Source: Macrostomum lignano (lineage: Eukaryota). From it: 64,000 nucleotides of DNA. Made by a program: the position numbers and the translations under genes. The notes beneath the pieces are model-generated. The model ran no database searches, was not told the origin of the DNA, and saw nothing but the letters and a program-made list of their open reading frames with translations. Below, in pieces: positions 39,631-50,789 of the stretch (its first letter is position 1; every line of letters begins with the position of its first letter). Location of the stretch: the NCBI GenBank assembly GCA_002269645.1, contig NIVC01000045.1, positions 310,001 to 374,000 on the forward strand, in the 5' to 3' direction.

Positions 39631-40107
39631 TTCAATTGGCGAACATGATTTGTGGCCCTTATAATTCAATGCTTACAGCAAGTTGGTTAGAGTAAAAAGT
39701 TATGACATAATCAATTTCTTAGTCAGCCAGTATCAGTGTCAATTTAAGTTAGCAATATTGTTACGCAATTTCAATCAAGTTGTGTGTGCATTTCTTTGGC
39801 ACTGTTTTCAACTTGTTGTGATGCAATCTTTATCAGAATTGAAATTCAGTCAGTCAGTTTTTTCTCTAGCATTCTTACAATGCATTTCAGATCGAAAGAG
39901 CCGCTTGACCTTTGCAAAAAAGCCTGTTTTTCGAATATTTAATCCCTTTAATATTGAGCAATTTTTTAGCCAAGATGCATGTACCGTCCCAGGAAAATTT
40001 CTGATCGAATGGTGCAAGTTTGAAGAAAATCGGTTGAGCCATTTTTTCTGAAATCTATCGCATACCTACCCACATACATACAGACAACTCATTTTTAGTA
40101 TATAGGA

Positions 40108-41050
40108 TTAGATACCCAATAGATGCTCATTAGATACCCAACCAATAGATGCTCAGTAGACGATCAATAGATGCTCACTAGATGCCTAATAGATGCTCAT
40201 TAGATGCCCAATAGATGCTCATTAGATGCCCAATAGATGCTCATTAGATGCCCAATAGATGCTCTTTAGATGCCTAATAGATGCCCAATAGATGCACAGT
40301 AGATGTCTAACAGATAGAAGCTCAGTAGATATTCAATAGATGCTCATTAGATGCCCAATAGATGCTCATTAGATGACCAATAGATGCTCATTAGATGCTC
40401 AGTAGACGATCAATAGATGCTCACTAGATACCCAATAGATGCTCATTAGATGCCCAATAGATGCTCATTAGATGCTCAGTAGACGATCAATAGATGCTCA
40501 CTAGATACCCAATAGATGCTCATTAGATGCCCAATAGATGCTCATTAGATGCTCAGTAGACGATCAATAGATGCTCACTAGATGCCTAATAGATGCTCAT
40601 TAGATGCCCAATAGATGCTCATTAGATGCCCAATAGATGCTCATTAGATGCCCAATAGATGCTCTTTAGATGCCTAATAGATGCCCAATAGATGCACAGT
40701 AGATGTCTAACAGATAGAAGCTCAGTAGATATTCAATAGATGCTCATTAGATGCCCAATAGATGCTCATTAGATGACCAATAGATGCTCATTAGATGCTC
40801 AGTAGACGATCAATAGATGCTCACTAGATACCCAATAGATGCTCATTAGATGCCCAATAGATGCTCATTAGATGCTCAGTAGACGATCAATAGATGCTCA
40901 CTAGATACCCAATAGATGCTCATTAGATGCCCAATCGATTTTCAGTAGATGCTCAGTAGATCTCCAATAGATGCTCAATATATGCCCAATAGATGCTCAA
41001 TATATGCCCGATAGATGCTCAGTAGATTCCAAATAGATGCCCAATAGATT
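40108..41050 (-). repeat. Satellite S, reverse orientation, right part of the array split by the Helitron
   Basis: AATAGATGCTCATTAGATGCCC units with a duplicated internal block of about 420 bp; ends about 40 bp from the innexin-like stop codon. Confidence 0.93.
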
Positions 41051-41086
41051 CTCAGCAGATGTTGAGGTCGTTGGTTCGAATCTTTC

Positions 41087-42214
41087 TTACTCGCCACTCG
41101 TCATTGCCATTGAGCTGCAGCCGACTTCGACAGCCTCAGAGCCTGACTGGCTCTCCAAAACTGTCTTCTTTGTTTTCTTTTTCTCCACAGAAGAAGATGC
41201 CATCACCTGTTCTTCAAGATCCATGCCGCTAAGAAGTTCCTCTAAAAGCAGACAAGCAATCCAAGATGTTGCAGGATTGCTGGCCAGCAGCAGCACCACC
41301 TGAGCTCCGTCCCAGGTGAGCAGGCCAGCTACGCCGGCCGCCTGCGGCGACAGAAGACGACAGGAAAGCCGCAGTCGCTGCGCCGGAATCGCCAGGCTCA
41401 CCGCCCTAACCAGCAGGTTAATTAGGCTGGCAACTGTAGCGAAGGCGGTTGCCATGGCAGCGAGCTGCGGCAGGCCGGCAGCCAGTCTGAGCCTCGGCCC
41501 GGCGCCGGTGCAATTGGCAATTCGGTAGCGCAGCTGAGCAGATGTGGATTCGAACTCGGACTTGCCGCCAGACAGCTGATTAGCCAGAGACAGGCTGAGG
41601 GCCAGGCAAATTGCTGCTCGAATCAGAGCGCCTAGCAACCACACAATCGAGTGGCTGGCACATTTCAGCCGCTTGCAGACATCCCAGCTGCCTGTCTGTT
41701 GCTTTCGTTGCTTCTTCATCCGTTTGAGCAGCTCTTTCTGGCGAAGATCTGCTTCCAGGGCCTCGCTCAGGCAGTGGAAGGCGCCGCTGTGTTGAACCTC
41801 GGACAGTCGAAGGCTTCCAGCCGCGAGCAGCCAGTCAACCGGCCAGCCCCAAGGCCTGTACAGTTCTCCAATTAACCTGTCGCAGAGCCAGCAGATTAAG
41901 CTGGCAAATCCCAGCTGTGCCAACACCAGAGGCAGCTGATCAAGTAGATCCAGCTGTGCTCGAGTCAGACTGCAATAGTTCTCTTGCAGACCGGTGAGAG
42001 TCAGGCAGCTTAGCAAACTGATGAAGATCAGCAAAGCTGATAGATAGGGGAACAGATGGGATTGCTGCATGATCAGTTCTATGTGAGCTATACAGCAAAG
42101 CATTGGCAATGCTGATGCCAGCTTGCACTTATTATTATATACACAGCGATAGTCTAAAGGAATTATCGTGGGAAACAAGCAAAAGTGACTAAAGTAGACA
42201 CACGCAGAAGTCAT
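41087..42214 (-). CDS. Divergent innexin/pannexin-like four-TM channel protein (single exon)
   Basis: Four hydrophobic segments (LFPYLSALLIFISLLSCL; LPLVLAQLGFASLICWL; SIVWLLGALIRAAICLALSLSLA; LAAMATAFATVASLINLLV) and a basic cytoplasmic loop. ENYCS resembles the innexin xYCW motif, DQLPLVL resembles YQWVPFxL, and WDGAQVVLLLASNPATSWIACLLLEELL resembles DGVFxLRLIxxNxGxxVAxELxxxLW. First ATG is 42214; ATG 42103 fits innexin N-terminal length better. The track's 42328 start is GTG. Family assigned by eye. Confidence 0.65.
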   Translation of the reverse strand: MTSACVYFSHFCLFPTIIPLDYRCVYNNKCKLASALPMLCCIAHIELIMQQSHLFPYLSALLIFISLLSCLTLTGLQENYCSLTRAQLDLLDQLPLVLAQLGFASLICWLCDRLIGELYRPWGWPVDWLLAAGSLRLSEVQHSGAFHCLSEALEADLRQKELLKRMKKQRKQQTGSWDVCKRLKCASHSIVWLLGALIRAAICLALSLSLANQLSGGKSEFESTSAQLRYRIANCTGAGPRLRLAAGLPQLAAMATAFATVASLINLLVRAVSLAIPAQRLRLSCRLLSPQAAGVAGLLTWDGAQVVLLLASNPATSWIACLLLEELLSGMDLEEQVMASSSVEKKKTKKTVLESQSGSEAVEVGCSSMAMTSGE

Positions 42215-42494
42215 GTTGGTTGCAGAGTTGGGCCTATCTGAAAATGATGCCGCTCTAACTGTAAGTGGGAGGGGGCAGAGTTCATGTAGCAACAATAAGC
42301 AAGTATCCTTTCGTTTCTGCGTATACACGCCAAGCCAAAGTATTGAGTGCGCTGAGAAAAAAGAACTTGCGGCTGAAAGAAAAGATGATTCTGGTTGGTA
42401 ATTTCATGTTTATTTTGCCGAGATAATAGATATGCCTTGTTAATAATATGCTGATAGATCTATCAAATTGATTCATTGTACTTCGTGCAAGATG

Positions 42495-42985
42495 GAGAGG
42501 CTGAGAAAGAGAAGGAGACAGGAAGAGGTAGATGGAGACAGGGAGAGGTAGATGGAGACAGGGAGAGGTAGATGGAGACAGGGAGAGGTAGATGGAGACA
42601 GGGAGAGGTAGATAGAGGCAGGGAGAGGTAGATGGAGACAGGGAGAGGTAGAAGGAGACAGGGAGACGTAGGTGGAGACACGGAGAGGTAGATGGAAACA
42701 GGGAGAGAGAGGTGACAGAGAGAGGGTGAAAGAGACAGGGATAGGGAGATGGAGACAGGGAGAGGTAGGAGACAGGAGAGGGAGAAGGAGACAAGAATAT
42801 GTAGAAGGGACAGGGAGAGGGAGATGAAGACAAGAATATGTAGAAGGGACAGGGAGAGGGAGATGAAGACAAGAATATGTAGAAGGGACAGGGAGAGGGA
42901 GATGAAGACAAGAATATGTAGAAGGGACAGGGAGAGGGAGATGGAGACAAGAATATGTAGAAGGGACAGGGAAAGGGAGAAATAG
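42495..42985. repeat. Two adjacent purine-rich minisatellites (20-bp GATGGAGACAGGGAGAGGTA; 39-bp GAAGACAAGAATATGTAGAAGGGACAGGGAGAGGGAGAT)
   Basis: Direct reading; lies between the divergent innexin-like and CCCH genes. Confidence 0.9.
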
Positions 42986-43737
42986 ACAGGGCGATTGAAA
43001 GGGAGTGAAGTTGGAAGAAGAAATTGAGAGTCGTTAGCTACTAATAAGTAGTGTATTCAATTTACCCAGGAGTCAATAACCTTACAAGGTCGCTAAAAAT
43101 CGACCTTGTAAACAAGCAAAACGAACATCTAATAATCTTGCTTGAAAAAATGAATTCTACTCTTATTTTTCTAATTGTTCTACGACATCAAAGTTCACTG
43201 AGAGATGACATACATGACTTGTATTGATCAAGAAAAATCGATAAAATGCTAGCGAAATGATGCCTGAATAAACTGGATTGTATAGGAAGGAATTAAGTCG
43301 ATTTGGCACACACTATGCAACGCAATGATTGGCTGCAATTTTCAGCACACACTGCACTGATATAATTAAAGTTCTAGAAGTCATTGGATGGGGCAGAGGG
43401 TTCTAAGAGGGTATGAGTTGTATTGCAAGGGGTGTTGCGACGGGGGAATGTACATTGTGTCCTGGCCAACCAATAAGCTTCAGATCTACGGGGTAAGAGA
43501 GAAATTCTCTACCCCCTAACCCTGCCATACCACAAAATCTCGTCCCTCAGGCCGATCAATAATAGGCACAAGGCGACGGTCCGCCAACCACCAACCCCCC
43601 CCCCCTGACCCAACCCCCAGCCCCCCAGTTATCACTCTATCTGGTTTTTAACGCTTGCACTTTTTAACGCAATCGCAAGTTGACAATAAAAATAACAAGC
43701 TCAAATAAAATAAAATCGTGCATACTAGTAGAGGAAA

Positions 43738-44472
43738 ATGTCTCGCCTGCGCCTCTACACGTCGAACGGACAGCGTCTGTCGCTGAACAATCGCCCTGCG
43801 GGAGGTGCCCTGCCACTCGGCCTGGAGATGCTGGGACACGATAACGGCTCGCTGCTTGGCTCCAGTGCATCATCGAGTTTAGCCATGGACTTGAACGGCT
43901 ACGACCAAGCTATCCAGGATCTGACTGAGTCGCTGAACGAAGTAAAGATCACGGCCGCTTTGGCTTTGCAAGAGTCGCAACTGGTTCGCGAGCAGATGCA
44001 GCAGGGCATCTTGTCTGTGCTGTCTGAGTTGACTACGATGTGGTGCCAGGACCTGTGTCCTCAGCAGCAGCAGCAGCAACCGCAGCAGCAGCAACAGCAA
44101 CAGTCTCAATCCGGCCCTCTAATGCAAGCTGCTCCGCCTTCGGAATTTGCCGACTCGCCAGCTGACGATTCGCTGACTGCCGGAATTCTGTCACCGACTG
44201 GCGGCAGCGGAAGCAGCGTCGACGACCAGCGGACCAACTTCCGGTACAAGACGCAGCTGTGCAAGAATTTCATGGCTGGCGGCCTGGGCCGATGCGTGAA
44301 AGGCGACACCTGCCAGTACGCGCATGGCCACCGGGAGCTGCGAAGGATCTGCGAGCATCCGCGGTACAAGACCAAGATGTGCTCACTGCAGAGCAGCCTC
44401 GGCGTCTGCCCGCACGGCGCCAGCTGCTTCTTTGCCCATCATCCGAACGAGCTCAGGGCCAAGGAGTTCTAA
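43738..44472 (+). CDS. Tandem CCCH zinc-finger RNA-binding protein, TIS11/ZFP36 (tristetraprolin)-like, intronless, 244 aa
   Basis: RYKTQLC-x10-C-x5-C-x3-H, an 18-aa linker, then RYKTKMC-x8-C-x5-C-x3-H; YKTxL/M lead-ins and the 18-aa spacing are TIS11-family hallmarks. PolyQ tract; AT-rich 3' flank. Confidence 0.9.
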   Translation: MSRLRLYTSNGQRLSLNNRPAGGALPLGLEMLGHDNGSLLGSSASSSLAMDLNGYDQAIQDLTESLNEVKITAALALQESQLVREQMQQGILSVLSELTTMWCQDLCPQQQQQQPQQQQQQQSQSGPLMQAAPPSEFADSPADDSLTAGILSPTGGSGSSVDDQRTNFRYKTQLCKNFMAGGLGRCVKGDTCQYAHGHRELRRICEHPRYKTKMCSLQSSLGVCPHGASCFFAHHPNELRAKEF

Positions 44473-44991
44473 AAGAAAGCCGCAAGCAAAATATCGCCGC
44501 CTAATAGAAAATAGCAAGGAAAATGTTTAATACTCTACTTTAAGTAGCGAAAAAATGCTAAGATAAATTTATTGAGTTTTAATAACTTTTTAGGAATAAT
44601 TCTGAATATTTAATCAATATCACAGACTTAGTCATAATCACCATTGCCAAAATAACCGAAATATGCTGTACTTTTATTCAATATTCTACAATAGCAGCAG
44701 TTGTTAGCGATGAATATTATTGTTAAAAAACTTTGAAGAATAATATTTTGCTGATTTGTGTTTTTCCTATTTTCTTACCTACTGATTCTTTATACAATGA
44801 AACTAATAAGCAACACCTTTTTGATAATATTGTGCACTGTTGAGCAATAATTGATTCATTGATTTGTTATAATACTTTGTAAGCGTCACAGGTAGTTGAA
44901 GATAATAAATATAAAAGCACGGTGCAGAAATTATTTATCCTGGAAAGTTGCAAAAGCTTTAAGCAAGATTTAATTCTTATCTATGTGTCAC

Positions 44992-46450
44992 TGCACACAG
45001 CTGACACAGTGTATGCATCATGAGCACACAGCTGACACAGTATACGCATCATGAGCACACAGCTGACACAGTATATGCATCATGAGCACACAGCTGACAC
45101 AGTATATGCATCATGAGCACACAGCTGGCACAGTATATGCATCATGAGCACACAGCTGACACAGTATATGCATCATGAGCACACAGCTGGCACAGTATAT
45201 GCATCATGAGCACACAGCTGACACAGTATATGCATCATGAGCACACAGCTGACACAGTATATGCATCATGAGCACACAGCTGACACAGTATATGCATCAT
45301 GAGCACACAGCTGGCACAGTATATGCATCATGAGCACACAGCTGACACAGTATATGCATCATGAGCACACAGCTGACACAGTATATGCATCATGAGCACA
45401 CAGCTGACACAGTATATGCATCATGAGCACACAGCTGACACAGTATATGCATCATGAGCACACAGCTGACACAGTATATGCATCATGAGCACACAGCTGA
45501 CACAGTATATGCATCATGAGCACACAGCTGACACAGTATATGCATCATGAGCACACAGCTGACACAGTATATGCATCATGAGCACACAGCTGGCACAGTG
45601 TATGCATCATGAGCACACAGCTGACACAGTATATGCATCATGAGCACACAGCTGACACAGTATATGCATCATGAGCACACAGCTGACACAGTATATGCAT
45701 CATGAGCACACAGCTGACACAGTATATGCATCATGAGCACACAGCTGACACAGTATATGCATCATGAGCACACAGCTGACACAGTATATGCATCATGAGC
45801 ACACAGCTGACACAGTATATGCATCATGAGCACACAGCTGACACAGTATATGCATCATGAGCACACAGCTGACACAGTATATGCATCATGAGCACACAGC
45901 TGACACAGTATATGCATCATGAGCACACAGCTGACACAGTATATGCATCATGAGCACACAGCTGACACAGTATATGCATCATGAGCACACAGCTGACACA
46001 GTATATGCATCATGAGCACACAGCTGACACAGTATATGCATCATGAGCACACAGCTGACACAGTATATGCATCATAAGCACACAGCTGACACAGTATATG
46101 CATCATGAGCACACAGCTGACACAGTATATGCATCATGAGCACACAGCTGACACAGTATATGCATCATGAGCACACAGCTGGCACAGTGTATGCATCATG
46201 AGCACACAGCTGACACAGTGTATGCATCATGAGCACACAGCTGACACAGTATATGCATCATGAGCACACAGCTGACACAGTATATGCATCATGAGCACAC
46301 AGCTGACACAGTATATGCATCATGAGCACACAGCTGACACAGTATATGCATCATGAGCACACAGCTGACACAGTATATGCATCATGAGCACACAGCTGAC
46401 ACAGTATATGCATCATGAGCACACAGCTGACACAGTATATGCATCATCAG
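44992..46450. repeat. Very homogeneous 31-bp minisatellite AGCACACAGCTGACACAGTATATGCATCATG
   Basis: About 46 near-identical copies; contains CAGCTG, ATGCAT and TCATGA palindromes. Confidence 0.98.
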
Positions 46451-47081
46451 CACATGTTAGCGCAGGAACAATATGCTTTAGTTTTGAATGAGGATTATTT
46501 AACCGACCGGTTCATGCCGAGATGCGGGGGGTGTGCTCAACATGAGGCTCCACATCGGATTCCTTCTCAAATTCTGGTTGTTGTCTTCCCATGTCTTCCT
46601 GCAAAGCCTAGCTATATCCCTCACCCCATGTCCGTGTTTAATCTGGAAATGGAATCCCATTATGATTGCCTGTCAGGCTGGCATAGGGGGTCAGTCAGCA
46701 GAACAGCAAATACACAATATATATAAATAGCGGTAGTTTTGCTCAGTGAGTCCCTCATTGGCTGGGCTAGAACACCACCCTCCCCTAAGCTGGGAGTGGC
46801 TTTTGTTCCAGAGAGATTTGGCCTCGCCTATGCGGTGAGCAGGACTCAGTGTTAGGGGGGTGGCCGAAGGTTCCGGGGTCACCCTAAGGTGAGGGCTATA
46901 TAGCGGGGCAAAGGTGTGTTGCTGTCAAGCTGCCCTCGCCCAGAAAAAAACACAGCCGCTAAAGTATTGAGCGCTTTTGACTGATTGGCTTTGCAGCTGA
47001 GCATTAAAGTAACTAATTCTTTTTTCGGTATAATTTAGGTAAGTTGGCGTTCGCATAGGCAAATTACTTTATGAGAGATTA

Positions 47082-47660
<579 letters not shown>

Positions 47661-48289
47661 TTTATCCATAGAGTCCCATTGTTGGTGAGTCAGTCGCAGA
47701 GTACCTGTACAGGCCAGCGCGGACCCCGAGCTCACTCACGGCTACACCTGCTGCCTCAGCCAAGCAGGAAGTGAAACAGTTTGCTCCTCCGCCTCTACCC
47801 CCCGTGGAAGGCAACTCAGACAGGCAGACAGAATCAGACAGAACAGCCTGGCGAGTGGCGGCCTGACAGAGCCCCCAAATTCTCGATTATTTGATCGACC
47901 AAAAGACAAAATTCTCAACCGATCGGCCAGGGTAGCCGCCCTTCCCCCGGATACGTAGAGAATCTTCCCAGAAATCCTCACTCAATACAGCAGTGAGTCA
48001 GCGATCAGAGAGTGCAACGGAGAGCAATAGTCTAAGAGATCAGCTGGAATAGCCCGCCGCACCCGTTGCCCTGAACCAAGTCAACCTAGTCGTCAATATT
48101 GCATAGCCAAGTAACAGTAGCTCGTGGTGCTCAGTAATGCTGCTCAACCGGATAAATGTTTAATGCCATGATTGGATCCGGGAGAGCTCAGGCTGTTCTT
48201 GACCTAGCCACTGAGCGGGCGGGGTTGGCGGCAGCTGAGCTGAGGATGCGCTAGGCTGCGGAATCAAAACATATAGAGGGGTAAGACAA

Positions 48290-49262
48290 ATAGATAGAGG
48301 GTGAGACAAGGAGAGATTAGGGTGGAACAAGGAGATAGATGGATAATACAATGAGATAGAGGGGTGAGACAAGGAGATAGAGGGGTGAGACAAGGAGATA
48401 GAGGGGTGAGACAAGGAGATAGAGGGGTGAGACAAGGAGATAGAGGGGTGAGACAAGGAGATAGAAGGGTGAGACAGATAGAAGGGGTGAGACAAGGAGA
48501 TAAAGGGGTGAGACAAGGAGATAGGGGGTGAGACAAGGAGATAGGGGGTGAGACACGGAGATAGGGGGTGAGACAAGGAGATAGGGGGTGAGACAAGGAG
48601 ATAGGGGTGAGACAAGGAGATAGGGGGTGAGACAAGGTGATAGGGGGTGAGACAAAGAGATAAAGGGGTGAGACAAGGAGATAGGGAGTGAGACAAGGAG
48701 ATAGGGGGTGAGACAAGGTGATAGGGGGTGAGACAAGGAGATAGTGGGTGAGACAAGGAGATAGGGGGTAAGACAAGGAGATAGGGGGTGAGACAAGGAG
48801 ATAGGGGGTGAGACAAGGTGATAGGGGGTGAGACAAGGAGATAGAGAGGTGAGACAGGGAGATAAAGGGGTGAGACAAGGAGATAGGGGTCGGAGAAGGA
48901 GATAGAGCGGCGGAGAGACAAAGAGATAGGGGGTGAGACAGAGATAGAAGGGGTGATACAAGGTGATAGGGGGTGAGACAGAGATAGAAGGGGTGAGACA
49001 AGGAGATAGGGGGTGAGACAAGGTGATAGGGGGTGAGACAAGGTGATAGGGGGTGAGACAAGGAGATAGGGAGTGAGACAAGGAGATAGGGGGTGAGACA
49101 AGGTGATAGGGGGTGAGACAAGGAGATAGAGAGGTGAGACAGGGAGATAAAGGGGTGAGACAAGGAGGTAAGGGTGGAACAAGTAGAGATAGAGGGTTGA
49201 GACAAGGAGATAGAGGGGTGAGACAAGAAGATACCGGTGGGACAAGAAGATAGGGGGTGAGA
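48290..49262. repeat. Purine-rich 20-21 bp minisatellite GAGACAAGGAGATAGGGGGT
   Basis: Direct reading; ends about 170 bp upstream of the IF start codon. Confidence 0.95.
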
Positions 49263-49434
49263 AAAGGGAAGAGGTAGAAAAGAGAGAGATGACAAAGACA
49301 GACATAAGAGAATAAGGAATCACATAAGCAAAATTTGACTTCAATTTGAATTTAGCAGTCTAAAGGAGCCATTACGTAATCTCACCAACTGCACCCACCG
49401 ATGCAGAGGCGGCAAACACCGGACGAACAGCGAT

Positions 49435-49740
49435 ATGGATCAGAACGTGCAGCTGTATCAGACACAGCAGGCCGGCAATGGCAAGAGGCTGGGCGGCCAC
49501 AGCAAGATGGAGATGACGGACGTGGCATCCAACTATACAGCCGTGTCCAACCCTAGACAGGCCATGGTGTCGCGAACCCAGGGCTCCAGCAGCGTGCACT
49601 ACAGCTCAAAGACCTCTCGGTCTCGTCGCGCGTCGCTCGAAGCCGACATCCCGGATATTCAACACGTGGTAGAGGCTCGGGGACGGAGCAAGAAGGAGAT
49701 GCAGGAGCTGAACGAGAGGCTGGGAGGCTTTATTGAGAAG
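49435..49740 (+). CDS. Cytoplasmic intermediate filament protein, exon 1 (head plus start of coil 1A)
   Basis: Ser/Arg-rich head then SKKEMQELNERLGGFIEK (IF coil 1A LNDRL motif); donor AAG|GTTGGT, phase 0. Confidence 0.9.
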
Positions 49741-49869
49741 GTTGGTTGACTGGGGATTGGGTAGCTTTGTTTTAAAAAAGATGGGAGTAAGAAAAAAGTT
49801 AGAAAGAAACAGGGGGAAATGCGACGGTGAGAGGGTGAGATAAGAATAATAAGAGGATGTGGTGATGCG

Positions 49870-50340
49870 GGTGAAGGATGAGATGTGAAGGTTGAGAGAG
49901 TGAGATGAGGAGGGTGAGGGGTAGATGAGGAGGGTAAAAGGGTGAGATGAGGAGGTTGAGGGGTGAGATGAGGAGGGTGAGAGGGTGAGATGAGGAGGGT
50001 GAGATGGTGAGATGAGGAGGGTGAGGGGTGAGATGAGGAGGGTAAGAGGGTGAGATGAGGAGGGTGAGATGGTGAGATGAGGAGGGTGAGGGGTGAGATG
50101 AGGAGGGTAAGAGGGTGAGATGAGGAGGGTGAGATGAGGAGGGTGAGATGGTGAGATAAGGAGGGTGAGGGGTGAGATGAGGATGAGAGGGTGAGATGAG
50201 GATGAGAGGGTAAGATGAGGTGAGAGGGTGAGATGAGTAGGGTGAGGGGTGAGATGAGGATGAGAGGGTGAGATAAGGTGAGAGGATGAGATGAGAAGGG
50301 TGAGAGGGGGGAGATGAGGGTGAGGAGGGGAGTGATGCGG
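49870..50340. repeat. Purine-rich 14-bp minisatellite GAGATGAGGAGGGT in IF intron 1
   Basis: Direct reading. Confidence 0.9.
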
Positions 50341-50789
50341 AGTCTTATATGAGGGGAAATTCGAAATAAACAGCATATTTTCTTAAATTAGTATTGATAC
50401 AATATGATATAATATGATTTCATCGTCGAAATGTCTAACACGCAATTAGAACATGAACTACGAGTATTACTATCACGGAACTCACCTTTGTAAGCTAAGT
50501 CTAGTCGCATATTTTGGCATAAAAGCTTGAAAATAGCTCGTACATGCAACGGCGATAAATATAAGTTTAATTAGGAGAAATTTTCACACACTCGAAATGC
50601 CGACTGTCGTTCGCTCTCGGCCTCAGGCGTGGGAATCTGCTGCAAGAAATCGGGTCCGCCTTGCTGACTTGCTGACTCATTGAGTCCAGTAAAATGTGTG
50701 ATGAAGCACTACTCTGAGTACGATGCTATTTAGAGTCAGAGTACACAAATAAACACACACGGAGGCGGTAAGACTGCACTAAAACTATC

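Larger units (their letters stand above)
36133..40107 (-). mobile_element. Non-autonomous Helitron (3975 bp) carrying minisatellite cargo
   Basis: Minus strand begins A|TCCTATATACTAAAAATGAGTTGTCTGTATGTATG at 40107 and ends with a CCCCC-ATC-GGGGG hairpin followed by CGAAGATTGCTAG|T at 36133. No TSD, insertion between A and T. Joined flanks give TAGATGTTCA|TTAGATACCC, an intact satellite S variant also present at 33658-33677. No Rep/Hel ORF. Confidence 0.85.

Noticed and set aside
41050-41085. B-box-like GGTCGTTGGTTCGAATC after satellite S, resembling a tRNA 3' half
   Set aside because: No acceptor stem or D arm; short match that may be chance in the innexin-like 3' flank.
42215-42328. N-terminal extension of the innexin-like ORF shown in the track
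   Set aside because: Starts at GTG, which is not a normal eukaryotic start.
48160-50376. Minus-strand Leu/Ser/Pro-rich ORFs (394, 343, 254, 256 aa)
   Set aside because: Reverse complement of purine-rich minisatellites.
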